A program made the position numbers and the translations under genes. 64,000 bases of DNA from Clostridia bacterium (GTDB lineage Bacteria; Bacillota; Clostridia; Oscillospirales; CAG-272), in assembly GCA_017472285.1 (NCBI GenBank), contig JAFUQQ010000013.1:8527-72526 (forward strand), given 5' to 3'. This document shows positions 19,050 to 30,310 of the stretch, piece by piece. Position 1 is the stretch's first letter, and each line of letters begins with the position of its first letter. A model generated the notes under the pieces. That model was not told the origin of the DNA. It was given only the letters and a program-made list of their open reading frames with translations, and made no database searches.

Positions 19050-19498
19050 AAAAAATCGCTCTGATTCCCGGTACGTTCGATCCCGTTACGGTCGGACATA
19101 TCGAGCTTGTGAAATTTGCTTCCGCGCTTTTTGATGAAGTCGTGGTCTGTATCGGTATCAATCCCGCGAAAAAACATCTTTTTGATGAAAAAACAAGAAT
19201 GGAAATGCTGGAAAAAGCCATCGCGCCTTATCCGAACGTCAGGGCGGATTTCTTTCACGGTATGACGGCGGATTATGCGGTCGCGATCGGTGCAAACTAT
19301 ATCGTGCGCGGTATCCGCAACGAAACCGATGCCAAATATGAATTGGAAATGGCGGATTTTAATCGCAATTACCGTGGGATCCGCACGGTTCTCGTTCCCG
19401 CTTCCACGGAGATCGCCGATATCAGTTCCACACTCGTGCGTGAAAAACTCGCGCTCGGACAAAGTGTGGATGATCTCATTCCCAAGGATGTATTGTAA
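19046..19498 (+). CDS. coaD: Phosphopantetheine adenylyltransferase
   Basis: PGTFDPVTVGH, IVRGIR, ISSTLVRE; coupled to rsmD. Confidence 0.95.
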   Translation: MKKIALIPGTFDPVTVGHIELVKFASALFDEVVVCIGINPAKKHLFDEKTRMEMLEKAIAPYPNVRADFFHGMTADYAVAIGANYIVRGIRNETDAKYELEMADFNRNYRGIRTVLVPASTEIADISSTLVREKLALGQSVDDLIPKDVL

Positions 19499-19499
19499 G

Positions 19500-19532
19500 A
19501 AAATAACCGCGGAACATCCGCGGTTATTTTTT
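19500..19532 (+). terminator. Terminator after coaD
   Basis: aaaataaccgcgga-aca-tccgcggttatttttt. Confidence 0.85.
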
Positions 19533-19847
19533 ATTTTATAGCAAATTGCGCAAAATCGATCTCGACGTTTCGCTACATCCAAATGCGGAAACAACTGAGA
19601 TAGGCGAGAACTTGGGCGCGGCGACTCAACGCTTTTTGAAAAAATTTTAAAAAAATTTCAAAAAAGGTGAGATTTTTTTATCAAAATATCGACTAATGTA
19701 TAACCGAGCAGGTAAAATGGTTCGTTGAAACGAAGAAAATTACAAATCGGAAGCGGGAAATCGTCTGACTGCACCTCCAAAGGTGTTGTTCCTTGCCGAA
19801 GAAGCGTCTTTTTCCGAGCGAAAACAACCGTGAAAGGAGGATTTCCA

Positions 19848-20576
19848 TTGAATCGATTTTTAGCATTGTTTCTCGTTCTGTCTATGCTTTTCCTTTGCGG
19901 ATGCGATCCCGTATCCGACGAAAGCAAGGAAACCGAGCTTGATACCACATCAAGTGACACCACTGCATTGACTGAAACGACTGAAACAACACAAACCACC
20001 GCAGATTCTTGGTATGCGGTGACGGAAAAACCCGTGATCTACCTCTATCCCGAAACGGAAACAGAGATCACCGTGAAGCTGGATTACAGCGGTAAGCTTT
20101 ATTGCACGTATCCCGCTTATCGCGACGGTTGGCATATTCTGGCATCTCCCGACGGAACGCTGACCGATCTTTCCGACGGCAGAGAATATGCTTATCTTTT
20201 CTGGGACGGTTATATTGATACCACATACGATATAAGCCAAGGCTTTGTCGTAAAAGGTGAGGATACCATGATCTTTTTGCAGGATATTCTTGCAAAGATG
20301 GGTCTTACGGAAAATGAAGCCAACGATTTTATCGTTTATTGGCTGCCCCGTATGCAAAAAAATCCTTATAATCTGATCACGTTCCAGCATGAAAGTTATA
20401 CGGATATCGCCAAATTGGAGATTTCTCCGAAGCCTGACAGCGTTTTGCGTGTATTCATGGTGTTCATGGCACTTGAAACGCCGATCGACATGGAATCTCC
20501 CGAAATCGTCCCGTTTGAACGCAACGGTTTTACCGTGGTCGAATGGGGCGGCACGGAAATCCATACCGTCAACTGA
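19848..20576 (+). CDS. Hypothetical lipoprotein with a KPVIYLYP...VVEWGG domain
   Basis: SD AAAGGAGG, TTG start, lipobox LCGC, Thr-rich linker, conserved-looking C-terminal domain. Confidence 0.75.
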   Translation: MNRFLALFLVLSMLFLCGCDPVSDESKETELDTTSSDTTALTETTETTQTTADSWYAVTEKPVIYLYPETETEITVKLDYSGKLYCTYPAYRDGWHILASPDGTLTDLSDGREYAYLFWDGYIDTTYDISQGFVVKGEDTMIFLQDILAKMGLTENEANDFIVYWLPRMQKNPYNLITFQHESYTDIAKLEISPKPDSVLRVFMVFMALETPIDMESPEIVPFERNGFTVVEWGGTEIHTVN

Positions 20577-20649
20577 AATTTCGGGACTTACAAATGCGAT
20601 CCTTTTCCTTCCATTAAGGATCAAAGGGAAAATTTTTCATATAATTTCA

Positions 20650-20690
20650 GCAATCCCTGCGAAGACTTTTCTTCGCGGGGATTGCTTTTT
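20650..20690 (+). terminator. Terminator
   Basis: gcaatccctgcgaaga-cttt-tcttcgcggggattgcttttt. Confidence 0.75.
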
Positions 20691-20714
20691 ATCGTTTTTA
20701 ATTATAAAATAGTA

Positions 20715-20743
20715 TTGCAAAAGAAATTTATTTGTGATACAAT
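20715..20743 (+). promoter_or_regulatory. Sigma-A promoter of uvrB
   Basis: TTGCAA-17 bp-TACAAT with extended TG. Confidence 0.6.
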
Positions 20744-20793
20744 AAAATGAATATTTGTCTATAATATGATTATGAAGTGAATGGAGGCTTACA

Positions 20794-22758
20794 ATGTCAG
20801 AAAAACAATTCAAATTGGTTTCTTCCTATCAGCCGACCGGCGATCAGCCCGAAGCCATTGAAGCCTTGACAAAAGGTGTTCTCCGCGGCGACCGCGCACA
20901 AGCGCTCGTGGGTGTTACCGGTTCCGGTAAGACTTTTACAATGGCAAACATTATCGCAAATTGTAACCGTCCCACACTCGTTCTGGCACATAATAAGACC
21001 CTTGCCGCACAGCTTTGTTCGGAATTCCGTGAATTTTTCCCCGAAAATGCCGTCGAATATTTCGTTTCTTATTACGATTATTATCAGCCCGAAGCCTATA
21101 TCCCCGGCAAAGACCTCTATATTGAAAAAGATTCCGCCGTCAATGATGAGATCGACCGTCTGCGCCACAGCGCGACCTCTGCGCTTTTTGAACGCCGTGA
21201 CGTTATCATCGTTTCCAGTGTTTCCTGTATCTATTCTCTCGGCGATCCCGCAGAATATCAGCAGCTCGTGCTTGCGCTCCGTCCCGGTATGGAGATATCG
21301 ATGGACGAGCTTGCAAGAAAACTCATCTCTATCCAATATAATCGCAACGATATCTCTCTTGAACGCGACCATTTCCGTATCCGCGGCGACGTTTTTGACA
21401 TCATGCCCGCTTCGGGTAAAAATGCCATCCGTGTCGAATTTTTCGGGGATGAGATCGACCGCTTGCTTGAGATCAATACCGTCACGGGTGAAATTCTCGG
21501 CGTGCTCAGTTATGCCGCGATCTATCCCGCTTCCCATTATGCGACTTCCGATGAAAAAAGAGAAGCCGCCATCAATGAGATCAATCATGAAATGCTTGAC
21601 CGTGTCGCTGAATTTCAGGCGGAAGGTAAGCTTATCGAAGCCCAGCGTATCGCGGAACGTACCAAATACGATATGGAAATGCTCCGTGAAGTTGGTTTTT
21701 GTTCGGGTGTTGAAAACTATTCCCGCGTGCTTTCGGGCAGAGCACCCGGTTCAACCCCTTATACACTCCTTGATTATTTCCCCGATGATTTTCTGCTTTT
21801 TGTGGATGAATCCCACGTAACGCTCCCTCAGGTGCGCGGTATGAGCGGCGGTGACAAAGCAAGAAAGAAAAATCTCATCGATTTCGGTTTCCGTCTGCCT
21901 TCCGCTTTCGATAACCGTCCGCTTTTCTTCCCCGAATTTGAAAGCAAACTCAACCAGACCATTTATGTCAGCGCAACTCCGGGCGATTATGAAAAAGAAC
22001 ATTCCACACAGCTTGTCGAACAGATCATCCGTCCGACAGGGCTTGTCGATCCCAAAGTGGAGATCCGTCCCGTTAAAGGTCAGATCGATGATCTGATGGG
22101 TGAAATTCGCGCACGCGCTGAACGTGATGAACGTGTTCTCGTAACGACTCTTACCAAAAAAATGGCGGAAGATATCTGTGAATATCTCGAAATGAACCTG
22201 ATTAAAGTCCGTTATATCCATCACAACGTGGAAACCATGGAAAGACAGGAGCTCATCCGCGATCTGCGTCTTGGCGTTTATGACGTTCTCATCGGTATCA
22301 ACCTCTTGCGCGAAGGACTTGACATTCCCGAAGTTTCTCTCGTTGCCATCCTTGATGCAGATAAGGAAGGCTTTCTCCGCTCCGAAACTTCTCTCGTTCA
22401 GACCATCGGACGTGCCGCACGTAATGCCGACGGTACGGTTATTATGTATGCCGATACCGTAACGGGCTCTATGTCCCGCGCCATCAAAGAAACCGAACGC
22501 CGCCGTGCGATCCAGACAGAATACAACGAAAAACACGGCATTATTCCCAAGACCATCAAAAAAGACGTTCGCGCCGTCATTGAGATCACTTCCCGTGATG
22601 AGCTTGCCAAAGCTGAAAAGAAAGGCAAGAAGATGACCAAAGCGGACAGGGAAGCTCTTATCGAAAAACTTACAAAAGAAATGAAAGAAGCTGCTAAGGC
22701 TCTCGATTTTGAACACGCGGCTTATTTGCGAGATACCATTGCAAAACTAAAGAAATAA
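20794..22758 (+). CDS. uvrB: Excinuclease ABC subunit B
   Basis: [39 protein letters not shown]-terminal UVR domain. Confidence 0.98.
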   Translation: MSEKQFKLVSSYQPTGDQPEAIEALTKGVLRGDRAQALVGVTGSGKTFTMANIIANCNRPTLVLAHNKTLAAQLCSEFREFFPENAVEYFVSYYDYYQPEAYIPGKDLYIEKDSAVNDEIDRLRHSATSALFERRDVIIVSSVSCIYSLGDPAEYQQLVLALRPGMEISMDELARKLISIQYNRNDISLERDHFRIRGDVFDIMPASGKNAIRVEFFGDEIDRLLEINTVTGEILGVLSYAAIYPASHYATSDEKREAAINEINHEMLDRVAEFQAEGKLIEAQRIAERTKYDMEMLREVGFCSGVENYSRVLSGRAPGSTPYTLLDYFPDDFLLFVDESHVTLPQVRGMSGGDKARKKNLIDFGFRLPSAFDNRPLFFPEFESKLNQTIYVSATPGDYEKEHSTQLVEQIIRPTGLVDPKVEIRPVKGQIDDLMGEIRARAERDERVLVTTLTKKMAEDICEYLEMNLIKVRYIHHNVETMERQELIRDLRLGVYDVLIGINLLREGLDIPEVSLVAILDADKEGFLRSETSLVQTIGRAARNADGTVIMYADTVTGSMSRAIKETERRRAIQTEYNEKHGIIPKTIKKDVRAVIEITSRDELAKAEKKGKKMTKADREALIEKLTKEMKEAAKALDFEHAAYLRDTIAKLKK

Positions 22759-22902
22759 GCAAAGAAGAAACGGCAGGCTGTGCCTGCAACCATCTGTTAC
22801 AGACAGCATATCCAAAATAAAAATCGAAACGAAATAACAAGAAAACGCACCAACAGAGCGTTTCTTTTTGCCAAGCTTTTTCTTTACGTAAAGAAAAAGC
22901 GG
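22748..22902. repeat. Inverted pair of family A repeats between uvrB and uvrA
   Basis: Partial minus copy (agaaacggcaggctgtgcctgca) at the uvrB stop; full plus copy 22851-22902 running into SD GAAGGAG of uvrA. Confidence 0.8.
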
Positions 22903-22914
22903 GAAGGAGAAGAT

Positions 22915-25731
22915 ATGTCTGCAAAATATATCAGAATCAAGGGCGCGCGCGTCCACAATTTAAAAAATATAGACGTGGAGATTCCGAGGGATCAGCTTGT
23001 GATCTTTACTGGACTTTCCGGTTCGGGTAAATCTTCACTTGCGTTTGATACACTTTATGCGGAGGGACACCGTCGTTTTGTGGAATCACTTTCGTCTTAC
23101 GCAAGACAGTTCCTCGGTCAGATGGATAAGCCGGACGTGGATTTCATCGACGGTCTTTCTCCCGCGATCTCCATCGATCAGAAAACAACGTCCAAAAATC
23201 CCCGCTCCACCGTTGGTACGGTCACGGAAATTTATGATTATCTGCGACTTTTGTATGCCCGTATCGGTGTTCCGCATTGTCCCGTCTGCGGAAAAGAAAT
23301 CCGTAAAATGTCCACGGATACCATGATCGATCAGATCATGGCTTTGCCCGAACGCACGAAATTCATGCTTCTTGCACCTGTCATCTCAGGTAAAAAGGGT
23401 ATGCATGAAAAGGTTTTTGACGATGCGAGAAAAAACGGTTATGCCCGTGTGCGTGTGGACGGTTATCTTTATCCTTTGGATGAAGTCCCTACGCTTGATA
23501 AAAATAAAAAACATACGATCGAGGTCGTGATTGACCGTCTGATCCTGAAAGAAGATATCCGCCGCCGTCTTTCCGATTCGCTGGAAACGACGCTTGCACT
23601 CGGCGGTGGTATCGCTATCGTTTCGCTCGTCGATTCGGTTGAGGAAATGCGTTTTTCGCAGAATTATGCCTGTGAAGAACACGGTATCGGTATGACGGAG
23701 CTTTCTCCCCGTATGTTTTCTTTCAATAATCCGTTCGGTGCTTGCGAAAAATGCTCGGGTATGGGTGAAATGCAAGTCGTTTCCGAACATAAAGTGATTC
23801 CCGATCGCTCACTTTCCTTGCGCGAAGGTGCAATAGCGGTCAACGGTTTCAAGACCATGATGGAAGAAAGCTGGAACGGACCTCTTATCGATGCGGTGGG
23901 TAAAGAATTCGGTTTTACGCTCGATATGCCGATTGAACAGTATTCCGAAGATGCGCTTCAGGCACTTCTGCGCGGTACGGGTACAAAAAAATATCACGTC
24001 ACACGTTATTTCGGCGGAGAAGGCAGAGAAACACTTTCTGCTTGGAACGGCATTTTAAATATCATTGAAACGCGTATGACACAATCGGGAGGGGAATACT
24101 ATAATGAGTTTATGGATTTCGTTCCGTGTCCCGCTTGCAAAGGTAAAAGACTTTCTCCCGAAATTCTTGCCGTGACGGTCGGCGGGCTCAATATTTATGA
24201 ACTTTGTTCGCTCAACGTCATGAAAGCTCTGGAATTTTTTGACGAACTGAAGCTTACTCACATGGAAGAACAGATCGCCAAAGAGATCCTTAAAGAGATC
24301 CGCGCAAGACTCGGCTTCCTGAAAAGTGTTGGTCTTGAATATCTGACGCTCTGGCGCAAAGCGGGTACGCTTTCGGGCGGTGAGGCGCAAAGAATCCGTC
24401 TTGCCACACAGATCGGTTCTTCACTCGTCGGCGTGATGTATATCCTTGATGAACCAAGCATCGGTCTGCATCAACGCGATAATTCCAAACTGATCGAAAC
24501 GCTTCGCCATCTGCGCGATACGGGCAATACCGTCATCGTTGTGGAACATGATGAGGAAACGATGCTTTCTTCCGATTATATCGTTGATATCGGGCCTGGC
24601 GCGGGTATTCACGGCGGTCATATCATTGCCGCGGGCACACCCGAGGAGATCATGAAAAATGAAAACTCCTTGACAGGCGCATATCTTTCGGGCCGCAGAA
24701 AAATTCCCGTTCCCGAAACGAGAAGAACAGGCAACGGCGAAAAACTGACGATCGTCGGCGCATCGGAAAACAATCTCAAAAATATTACCGTTGATATTCC
24801 GCTCGGCAAATTTATTTGCGTGACGGGTGTTTCGGGCTCGGGCAAATCCTCGCTCGTCAATGCGGTTCTGCTCCGCGAGCTTGCGAGAAAACTCAACCGC
24901 GCGCATACCTTCCCCGGAAAATTTAAGCGGATTGACGGTTTGGAGCATTTGGATAAAGTCGTTTCCATCGACCAGAGTCCGATCGGTCGTACTCCGCGTT
25001 CCAATCCTGCAACATATACGGGACTTTTCACGGATATACGCGAACTTTTTGCCATGACACCCGATGCCAAAGCAAGAGGTTATACGGCAGGACGCTTCTC
25101 CTTTAACGTCAAGGGCGGTCGTTGTGAAATGTGTGAGGGCGATGGTGTGCGCTGTATCGAAATGCATTTTCTGCCCGATGTTTACGTGACTTGCGATACT
25201 TGCCACGGCAAGCGATACAATCACGACACGCTCGAGGTCAAATATAAAGGCAAGAGCATCTTTGACGTTCTGGATATGACAGTTGAAGAAGGACTTTCGT
25301 TCTTTGCCAATATGCCGAAGCTTGCGAGAAAACTGCAGACGCTTTACGACGTGGGACTCGGTTATATCAAGATCGGACAATCGTCCACAACGCTTTCGGG
25401 TGGTGAAGCGCAACGTGTAAAACTCGCAACGGAACTTTCCAAGCGCGGCACGGGCAAGACCATTTATATCCTTGACGAGCCGACGACGGGTTTGCATACG
25501 GCAGACGTGGAAAAGTTGCTGACCGTTCTCAACCGTCTTTGTGAAAACGGCAATACCGTGCTTGTGATCGAGCATAATCTTGACGTAATCAAAACTGCCG
25601 ATCACATCATTGATCTCGGTCCCGAGGGCGGTGACGGCGGCGGTACGGTCGTTGTGACGGGTACGCCCGAGGAGGTCGCAAAATGCGAATGCTCCCATAC
25701 GGGCAGATATTTGAAAAAGTTTTTGGAGTAA
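22915..25731 (+). CDS. uvrA: Excinuclease ABC subunit A
   Basis: Two ABC ATPase domains ([26 protein letters not shown] twice) and zinc fingers. Confidence 0.98.
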   Translation: MSAKYIRIKGARVHNLKNIDVEIPRDQLVIFTGLSGSGKSSLAFDTLYAEGHRRFVESLSSYARQFLGQMDKPDVDFIDGLSPAISIDQKTTSKNPRSTVGTVTEIYDYLRLLYARIGVPHCPVCGKEIRKMSTDTMIDQIMALPERTKFMLLAPVISGKKGMHEKVFDDARKNGYARVRVDGYLYPLDEVPTLDKNKKHTIEVVIDRLILKEDIRRRLSDSLETTLALGGGIAIVSLVDSVEEMRFSQNYACEEHGIGMTELSPRMFSFNNPFGACEKCSGMGEMQVVSEHKVIPDRSLSLREGAIAVNGFKTMMEESWNGPLIDAVGKEFGFTLDMPIEQYSEDALQALLRGTGTKKYHVTRYFGGEGRETLSAWNGILNIIETRMTQSGGEYYNEFMDFVPCPACKGKRLSPEILAVTVGGLNIYELCSLNVMKALEFFDELKLTHMEEQIAKEILKEIRARLGFLKSVGLEYLTLWRKAGTLSGGEAQRIRLATQIGSSLVGVMYILDEPSIGLHQRDNSKLIETLRHLRDTGNTVIVVEHDEETMLSSDYIVDIGPGAGIHGGHIIAAGTPEEIMKNENSLTGAYLSGRRKIPVPETRRTGNGEKLTIVGASENNLKNITVDIPLGKFICVTGVSGSGKSSLVNAVLLRELARKLNRAHTFPGKFKRIDGLEHLDKVVSIDQSPIGRTPRSNPATYTGLFTDIRELFAMTPDAKARGYTAGRFSFNVKGGRCEMCEGDGVRCIEMHFLPDVYVTCDTCHGKRYNHDTLEVKYKGKSIFDVLDMTVEEGLSFFANMPKLARKLQTLYDVGLGYIKIGQSSTTLSGGEAQRVKLATELSKRGTGKTIYILDEPTTGLHTADVEKLLTVLNRLCENGNTVLVIEHNLDVIKTADHIIDLGPEGGDGGGTVVVTGTPEEVAKCECSHTGRYLKKFLE

Positions 25732-25768
25732 GGTGTTTTTAAAAGATTTTTGATTTGGTGCCTCAATG

Positions 25769-25893
25769 GGTTTTCTCATCTTTTTCTTTGTTTGAAAGAA
25801 AAAGATGCAAAAAGAAGCAAACGAACTTTCAGTTCGATCGCACAGTCAACACAAGTGTTGACCGTTAGACTTTGCGGATCCGCAAAGTCTAAC
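25769..25893. repeat. Family A variant repeat followed by stacked palindromes
   Basis: 25769-25841 is nearly the reverse complement of 49355-49427; followed by gtcaacac/gtgttgac and gttagactttgcgg/ccgcaaagtctaac hairpins. Confidence 0.75.
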
Positions 25894-26027
25894 TCTCAAA
25901 ATCCTTTTTCAGAAATTTTTTACAAAAAACTTCAAAATGTTCACACAAAATCCACAACCTTATGATAAAAATCTGATATACTATATCAGTAAAATAATAA
26001 ATCAACCTTTGGAGGAAATGATAAGAC

Positions 26028-28088
26028 ATGAAAGGAAACATGAAGACCATTATCCTGTACCTTGTGATTATCGTTGCAATGATCAGTGTCTGTTTTATGT
26101 TTATCAACAATAAACAGGAACAGAAAGAGATTACCTTTGGTGAAGCCGTTGAGCTTTTCAAAGATAATAAAGTCGTTGAATTTACGATCACGTCAAGCAA
26201 TGTTCTGAAAATCACAACGACGGATACGACCGAAACAGGTACAGCCGTAACCTGCACACATAAGCTTCGTGACGTATCGCTCTTTATGAATACCGTTGAC
26301 GAATACGTACAAGCGCAACTCGCGCTTCCCAAAGAAGAACGCACGCTGAAGATTGAGAAATGGGATGTGGAGGCGATTAAGGAAACTTCTTCCTGGCTCC
26401 TTGCTTTTCTGCCCGGACTCATCATTGCCGTTCTGCTCATCGTATTCTATATCTTTATGATGAACAAAGCGGGCGACAGCGAACGCCGCATGAATTCTTT
26501 CGGCAAAGCAAGAGTAAAGATCCCCTCAAAAGATAAAAATCGTAAATTCTTCAGTGACGTTGCGGGTTGCGATGAAGAAAAAGAAGAGCTTCGCGAAGTC
26601 GTTGATTATCTGAAAGATCCCGCGAAATTCCGCCGTCTTGGCGCGAAGATTCCGCACGGTGTCCTTCTTGTAGGTCCTCCCGGAACAGGTAAGACTTTGC
26701 TTGCGAAAGCCGTTGCAGGCGAAGCAGACGTACCGTTCTTCTCGATCTCCGGTTCGGATTTCGTGGAAATGTACGTTGGTGTCGGTGCATCCCGTGTACG
26801 CGACCTTTTTGAAACTGCGAAAAAAGCCCCCGCAAGTATCATTTTTATCGATGAAATCGATGCTGTGGGCAGACGCAGAGGCACAGGTCTCGGTGGCGGT
26901 CACGACGAAAAAGAACAGACACTCAACCAGCTTCTTGTTGAAATGGACGGTTTCGGCGGTCATGACGGTGTTATCGTCATTGCGGCAACCAACCGCCCTG
27001 ATATCCTTGACCCCGCACTTCTCCGTCCCGGTCGTTTCGACCGTCAGGTAACTGTTGGTTATCCCGATATCAAGGGCAGAGAAGAAATTCTGAAGGTTCA
27101 CGCGAAGGATAAACCCCTTGAAAGCGACGTTGATCTCGCGAAGATCGCACAGACTACCGTTGGTTTTGCGGGCGCAGACCTTGCCAACCTTCTCAATGAA
27201 GCGGCACTTCTTGCGGCACGTAAAAACAAATCCCTGATCGGTATGGTCGATATCGAGGAATCTTGGATCAAGATTGCCGTCGGTAAACAAAAACGCAATT
27301 ACAAGATCAAACCGCAGGAAAAACTCAAGACGGCATATCATGAAGCCGGTCATGCGATCCTTGCGTATTTCCTTCCCACGCAAGACCCTGTTCGTCAGAT
27401 TTCGATCATTCCCAGCGGCAGAGCCCTCGGTTATACGCTCAATCCTCCCGTTGAGGACAAATACAGCGTTTATAAGAATGAAATGAAAGAAAATATTGCC
27501 GTATTCCTTGCGGGACGTGCGGCAGAAGAAATCGTTTTTGGTGATGTTTCGGGTGGGGCTTCCAATGATATCCAGAGAGCAACCCGTGTTGCCAGAGATA
27601 TGGTCATGGTATACGGTATGAGTGATGTACTCGGTACGGTACATCTCGGCAATGAACACGGTGATGACGAAGTGTTCCTCGGACGTGATTTCAATTCTTC
27701 TAAGGGTTATTCCGAACAGACTGCGGCTCTCATTGACAGTGAAATCAAACGTATCATTGATGAAGCATATGCAAAAGCAAAAGAAGTTCTGACGATGCTT
27801 CGTGACAAATTGGATTTTGTTGCGGAATTCCTTGTTGCACATGAGATCATGGATGATGAACAGTTCAGAGCAGCTATGGAAGCTGATGCACCTACGGTTG
27901 CGGAAATCGCGGCAATCGGTGAAGAACGCCGTCGCCGTTCCGAAGAAGAAAACAAACTCCGTGAAGCTGCGGAAGCCGAAGCCCGTAAAAAGGACGAGGA
28001 AGAAGCAAAACGCCGTGCGGAAGCGGAAAAAGTAAATCAACAGCGCGGTTACGGTTACGACGATCCTTACGATCCTCACAGAAGATAA
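26028..28088 (+). CDS. ftsH: ATP-dependent zinc metalloprotease FtsH
   Basis: Two transmembrane helices, [31 protein letters not shown]. Confidence 0.98.
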   Translation: MKGNMKTIILYLVIIVAMISVCFMFINNKQEQKEITFGEAVELFKDNKVVEFTITSSNVLKITTTDTTETGTAVTCTHKLRDVSLFMNTVDEYVQAQLALPKEERTLKIEKWDVEAIKETSSWLLAFLPGLIIAVLLIVFYIFMMNKAGDSERRMNSFGKARVKIPSKDKNRKFFSDVAGCDEEKEELREVVDYLKDPAKFRRLGAKIPHGVLLVGPPGTGKTLLAKAVAGEADVPFFSISGSDFVEMYVGVGASRVRDLFETAKKAPASIIFIDEIDAVGRRRGTGLGGGHDEKEQTLNQLLVEMDGFGGHDGVIVIAATNRPDILDPALLRPGRFDRQVTVGYPDIKGREEILKVHAKDKPLESDVDLAKIAQTTVGFAGADLANLLNEAALLAARKNKSLIGMVDIEESWIKIAVGKQKRNYKIKPQEKLKTAYHEAGHAILAYFLPTQDPVRQISIIPSGRALGYTLNPPVEDKYSVYKNEMKENIAVFLAGRAAEEIVFGDVSGGASNDIQRATRVARDMVMVYGMSDVLGTVHLGNEHGDDEVFLGRDFNSSKGYSEQTAALIDSEIKRIIDEAYAKAKEVLTMLRDKLDFVAEFLVAHEIMDDEQFRAAMEADAPTVAEIAAIGEERRRRSEEENKLREAAEAEARKKDEEEAKRRAEAEKVNQQRGYGYDDPYDPHRR

Positions 28089-28095
28089 TTTACGG

Positions 28096-28134
28096 AAAAT
28101 ATCCCTTAGGCGTATCCCCAAGGGATATTTTTTC
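28096..28134 (+). terminator. Terminator after ftsH
   Basis: aaaatatccctt...aagggatatttttt. Confidence 0.8.
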
Positions 28135-28277
28135 AATTTTTTCGAAATTTACCAAACCTTTTTCCCATATTTGATACCATATTGATATACCTCATTTTTC
28201 GTGTCGGAACGGTAAGGGAAACCCCTCCTCTACGAATAAAAACGAACGTACCCCATTACAAATTTTATCAAAATAAA

Positions 28278-28353
28278 GACAGAGGGAACATAGGGGTGCA
28301 GGCATCGCCTGCCGTTTCTTTGGCTAAGCCTTTCTTTTCGTAAAGAAAGGCGG
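28278..28353 (+). repeat. Family A repeat fused to the ribosome-binding site of ORF 28365
   Basis: gacagagggaacataggggtgcaggcatcgcctgccgtttctttggctaagcctttcttttcgtaaagaaaggcgg then AAAGGA and ATG. Confidence 0.85.
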
Positions 28354-28364
28354 AAAGGATAACA

Positions 28365-29624
28365 ATGAGAGAAAAAATCAAGTCGTTTTTACAGAAAGCA
28401 GAACCGTTTCGTTTTTACGGTTTGCGAGTCATTCGTGTTTTTCTGATGTATTATCTTTTTATTATCGTGGCAGATTTATGTACGTTTTCGATTCCGGGCG
28501 GTGATCCCGAAATGTGGAATTACAATCCTGTTCAACATCACGGCTCTGCATCGTTTGCCCTTTTGATCACCTTTATTTGCGTTTGCGGTATTTTCGTTTT
28601 ATATGACCCGACGGCAAGACGGCATTTTTGTAAAAATCCGCCTCCCGAAAAGACGATATTTTCCGAATGGGGACATATTTTCTTTACATATGAATTCTGG
28701 TGTGACGTTGTGGGACTTGTTTTGTTTCCTCTGATCGTGAAAAGCGAAGTTTATGACCATCCGATCTGGTTTTTCTTCAGAAGGGATGATCTGGGAGAAT
28801 GGACGAAATATGGTTTATATCTTTTGACCATTTTGCCTGTTTTTCTGATCGTGGAATGGATTATGCGTGTCAGAACCCGTCGCTATTGGCGTGAGATGAC
28901 AAGAGCTGAAGCCGAATCGGGACATCTGGACGGTCTGGCACTTGTTTTTCTTTCGCTTTTATTGATTGTCGGAGCGCCTTTTGTTGCACAATTTTATCTT
29001 ATGACTTTTTTTGCGATCATATGGGTTGCTTTTTTTCCGACGACTTTGCTTGTCGTTGTGGGGATTCTTGCGGTTGTTTGGTTGCTGTCCGTGATTCGCG
29101 CGCTCAGAATTCGCAGAAAATTTATCCGCAAGCTTAAAAAGGTATGTAAGACAGAAAATATTGAAATTTCGGAGATTTATCATCCTTATCTTTCTGTGAT
29201 TCTGCGGAAAAATCACGATTTTCATTTCACCGTGAAGCAAGACGGAAAAACCTATGCTTGCAAGATGATCGCTGCTCTTTCCAAGGGCGCGCAGATGGTT
29301 TTTTTAGATGAAGATATCGGTTATTTCAAGCACGGTTTCCAATTCCGTAAGCATGATATCGTCTTTTTCCGCCCAAAATTTTATCATAGCTTTGAAGCGG
29401 AGGGTGCAGATAAAAATATATATATTGTTTCACCCGTGCCGTATGAGATCAGAGCCGTTGCCACGCAGGTTACGTTTCAATCGGAAGGTACAGATTTTAT
29501 AACGGAAAGCAAACGTTTCCGTGTTCTTGACAACGCTTCCGCGCTTTACGGCGGTACGCTTTTCTCCGGTGACGGCTTTATCAGTGCGCTCAAACGTCAT
29601 TGTCTGGATAAAAGTGAGCTTTAA
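28365..29624 (+). CDS. Hypothetical polytopic membrane protein with a soluble C-terminal domain
   Basis: 419-aa ORF with SD and about 6 hydrophobic segments. Confidence 0.65.
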   Translation: MREKIKSFLQKAEPFRFYGLRVIRVFLMYYLFIIVADLCTFSIPGGDPEMWNYNPVQHHGSASFALLITFICVCGIFVLYDPTARRHFCKNPPPEKTIFSEWGHIFFTYEFWCDVVGLVLFPLIVKSEVYDHPIWFFFRRDDLGEWTKYGLYLLTILPVFLIVEWIMRVRTRRYWREMTRAEAESGHLDGLALVFLSLLLIVGAPFVAQFYLMTFFAIIWVAFFPTTLLVVVGILAVVWLLSVIRALRIRRKFIRKLKKVCKTENIEISEIYHPYLSVILRKNHDFHFTVKQDGKTYACKMIAALSKGAQMVFLDEDIGYFKHGFQFRKHDIVFFRPKFYHSFEAEGADKNIYIVSPVPYEIRAVATQVTFQSEGTDFITESKRFRVLDNASALYGGTLFSGDGFISALKRHCLDKSEL

Positions 29625-29743
29625 GGAAAAATAAACCGAAAAAGAAACAAAATTTGCTGAAAAAGTCCTTGCAATCGGCAAAAATATGTGTTAATATAAA
29701 GACATATTGAATAAATTATGAACTTTAAAGGAGTTTATTTGCC

Positions 29744-30304
29744 GTGAAACAGTTTGATTCTATTGAAGATTTCAGCAGCAAGATCAGCAAGCCTCTGATC
29801 ACCGAGCAAGAGATTGCACAAGCAGTCAAAAGAGCGGCCAAAGCGATCGACGATATCTATGACGGTTCGCCGATTCTGCTCGTCAGCATTTTGAAAGGTG
29901 CTTTCGTATTCATGTCTGACGTTTGCAAAGCGGTCACCGTTCCCTGTAAGGTCGATTTCATGTGCGCAAAGAGTTATTTTGAAAGCACGGAATCTTCGGG
30001 TCATGTACAGATCATCATGGATCTGAAACAGGATATTGCTGGTTGCCATGTCGTTATCCTCGAGGATATCGTCGATACAGGCAGAACACTTGCTTTGATT
30101 ATGAAAATGCTCAAGATTCGCAATCCGAAGTCCTTGCGCGTCATCACGCTCCTGGACAAGCCTTCCCGCCGCCTTGTTGATTTCCAAGCGGATCTCTCCC
30201 TCTTTACGATTCCTGACCATTTTGTCATCGGTTACGGTCTTGACTACGGTGAATATTACAGAAATCTGCCGTATATTGCCGAATACAAAGAAAGTGAGAA
30301 GTAA
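29744..30304 (+). CDS. hpt: Hypoxanthine phosphoribosyltransferase
   Basis: ILKGAFVF, VILEDIVDTGRTL PRPP motif, FVIGYGLDYGEYYRNLPYI; GTG start. Confidence 0.95.
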   Translation: MKQFDSIEDFSSKISKPLITEQEIAQAVKRAAKAIDDIYDGSPILLVSILKGAFVFMSDVCKAVTVPCKVDFMCAKSYFESTESSGHVQIIMDLKQDIAGCHVVILEDIVDTGRTLALIMKMLKIRNPKSLRVITLLDKPSRRLVDFQADLSLFTIPDHFVIGYGLDYGEYYRNLPYIAEYKESEK

Positions 30305-30310
30305 ATCATC

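Noticed and set aside
25823-25835. GAACTTTCAGTTC after uvrA (and GAACTGCAAGTTC at 49361) as LexA boxes
   Set aside because: The spacer is 5 nt rather than 4, and both are the small hairpin of the repeat family.
29625-29743. Purine riboswitch upstream of hpt and the permease
   Set aside because: The likely promoter (TTGCAA...TAATAT, about 29669-29697) leaves only about 40 nt of leader, and no purine aptamer motifs are visible.
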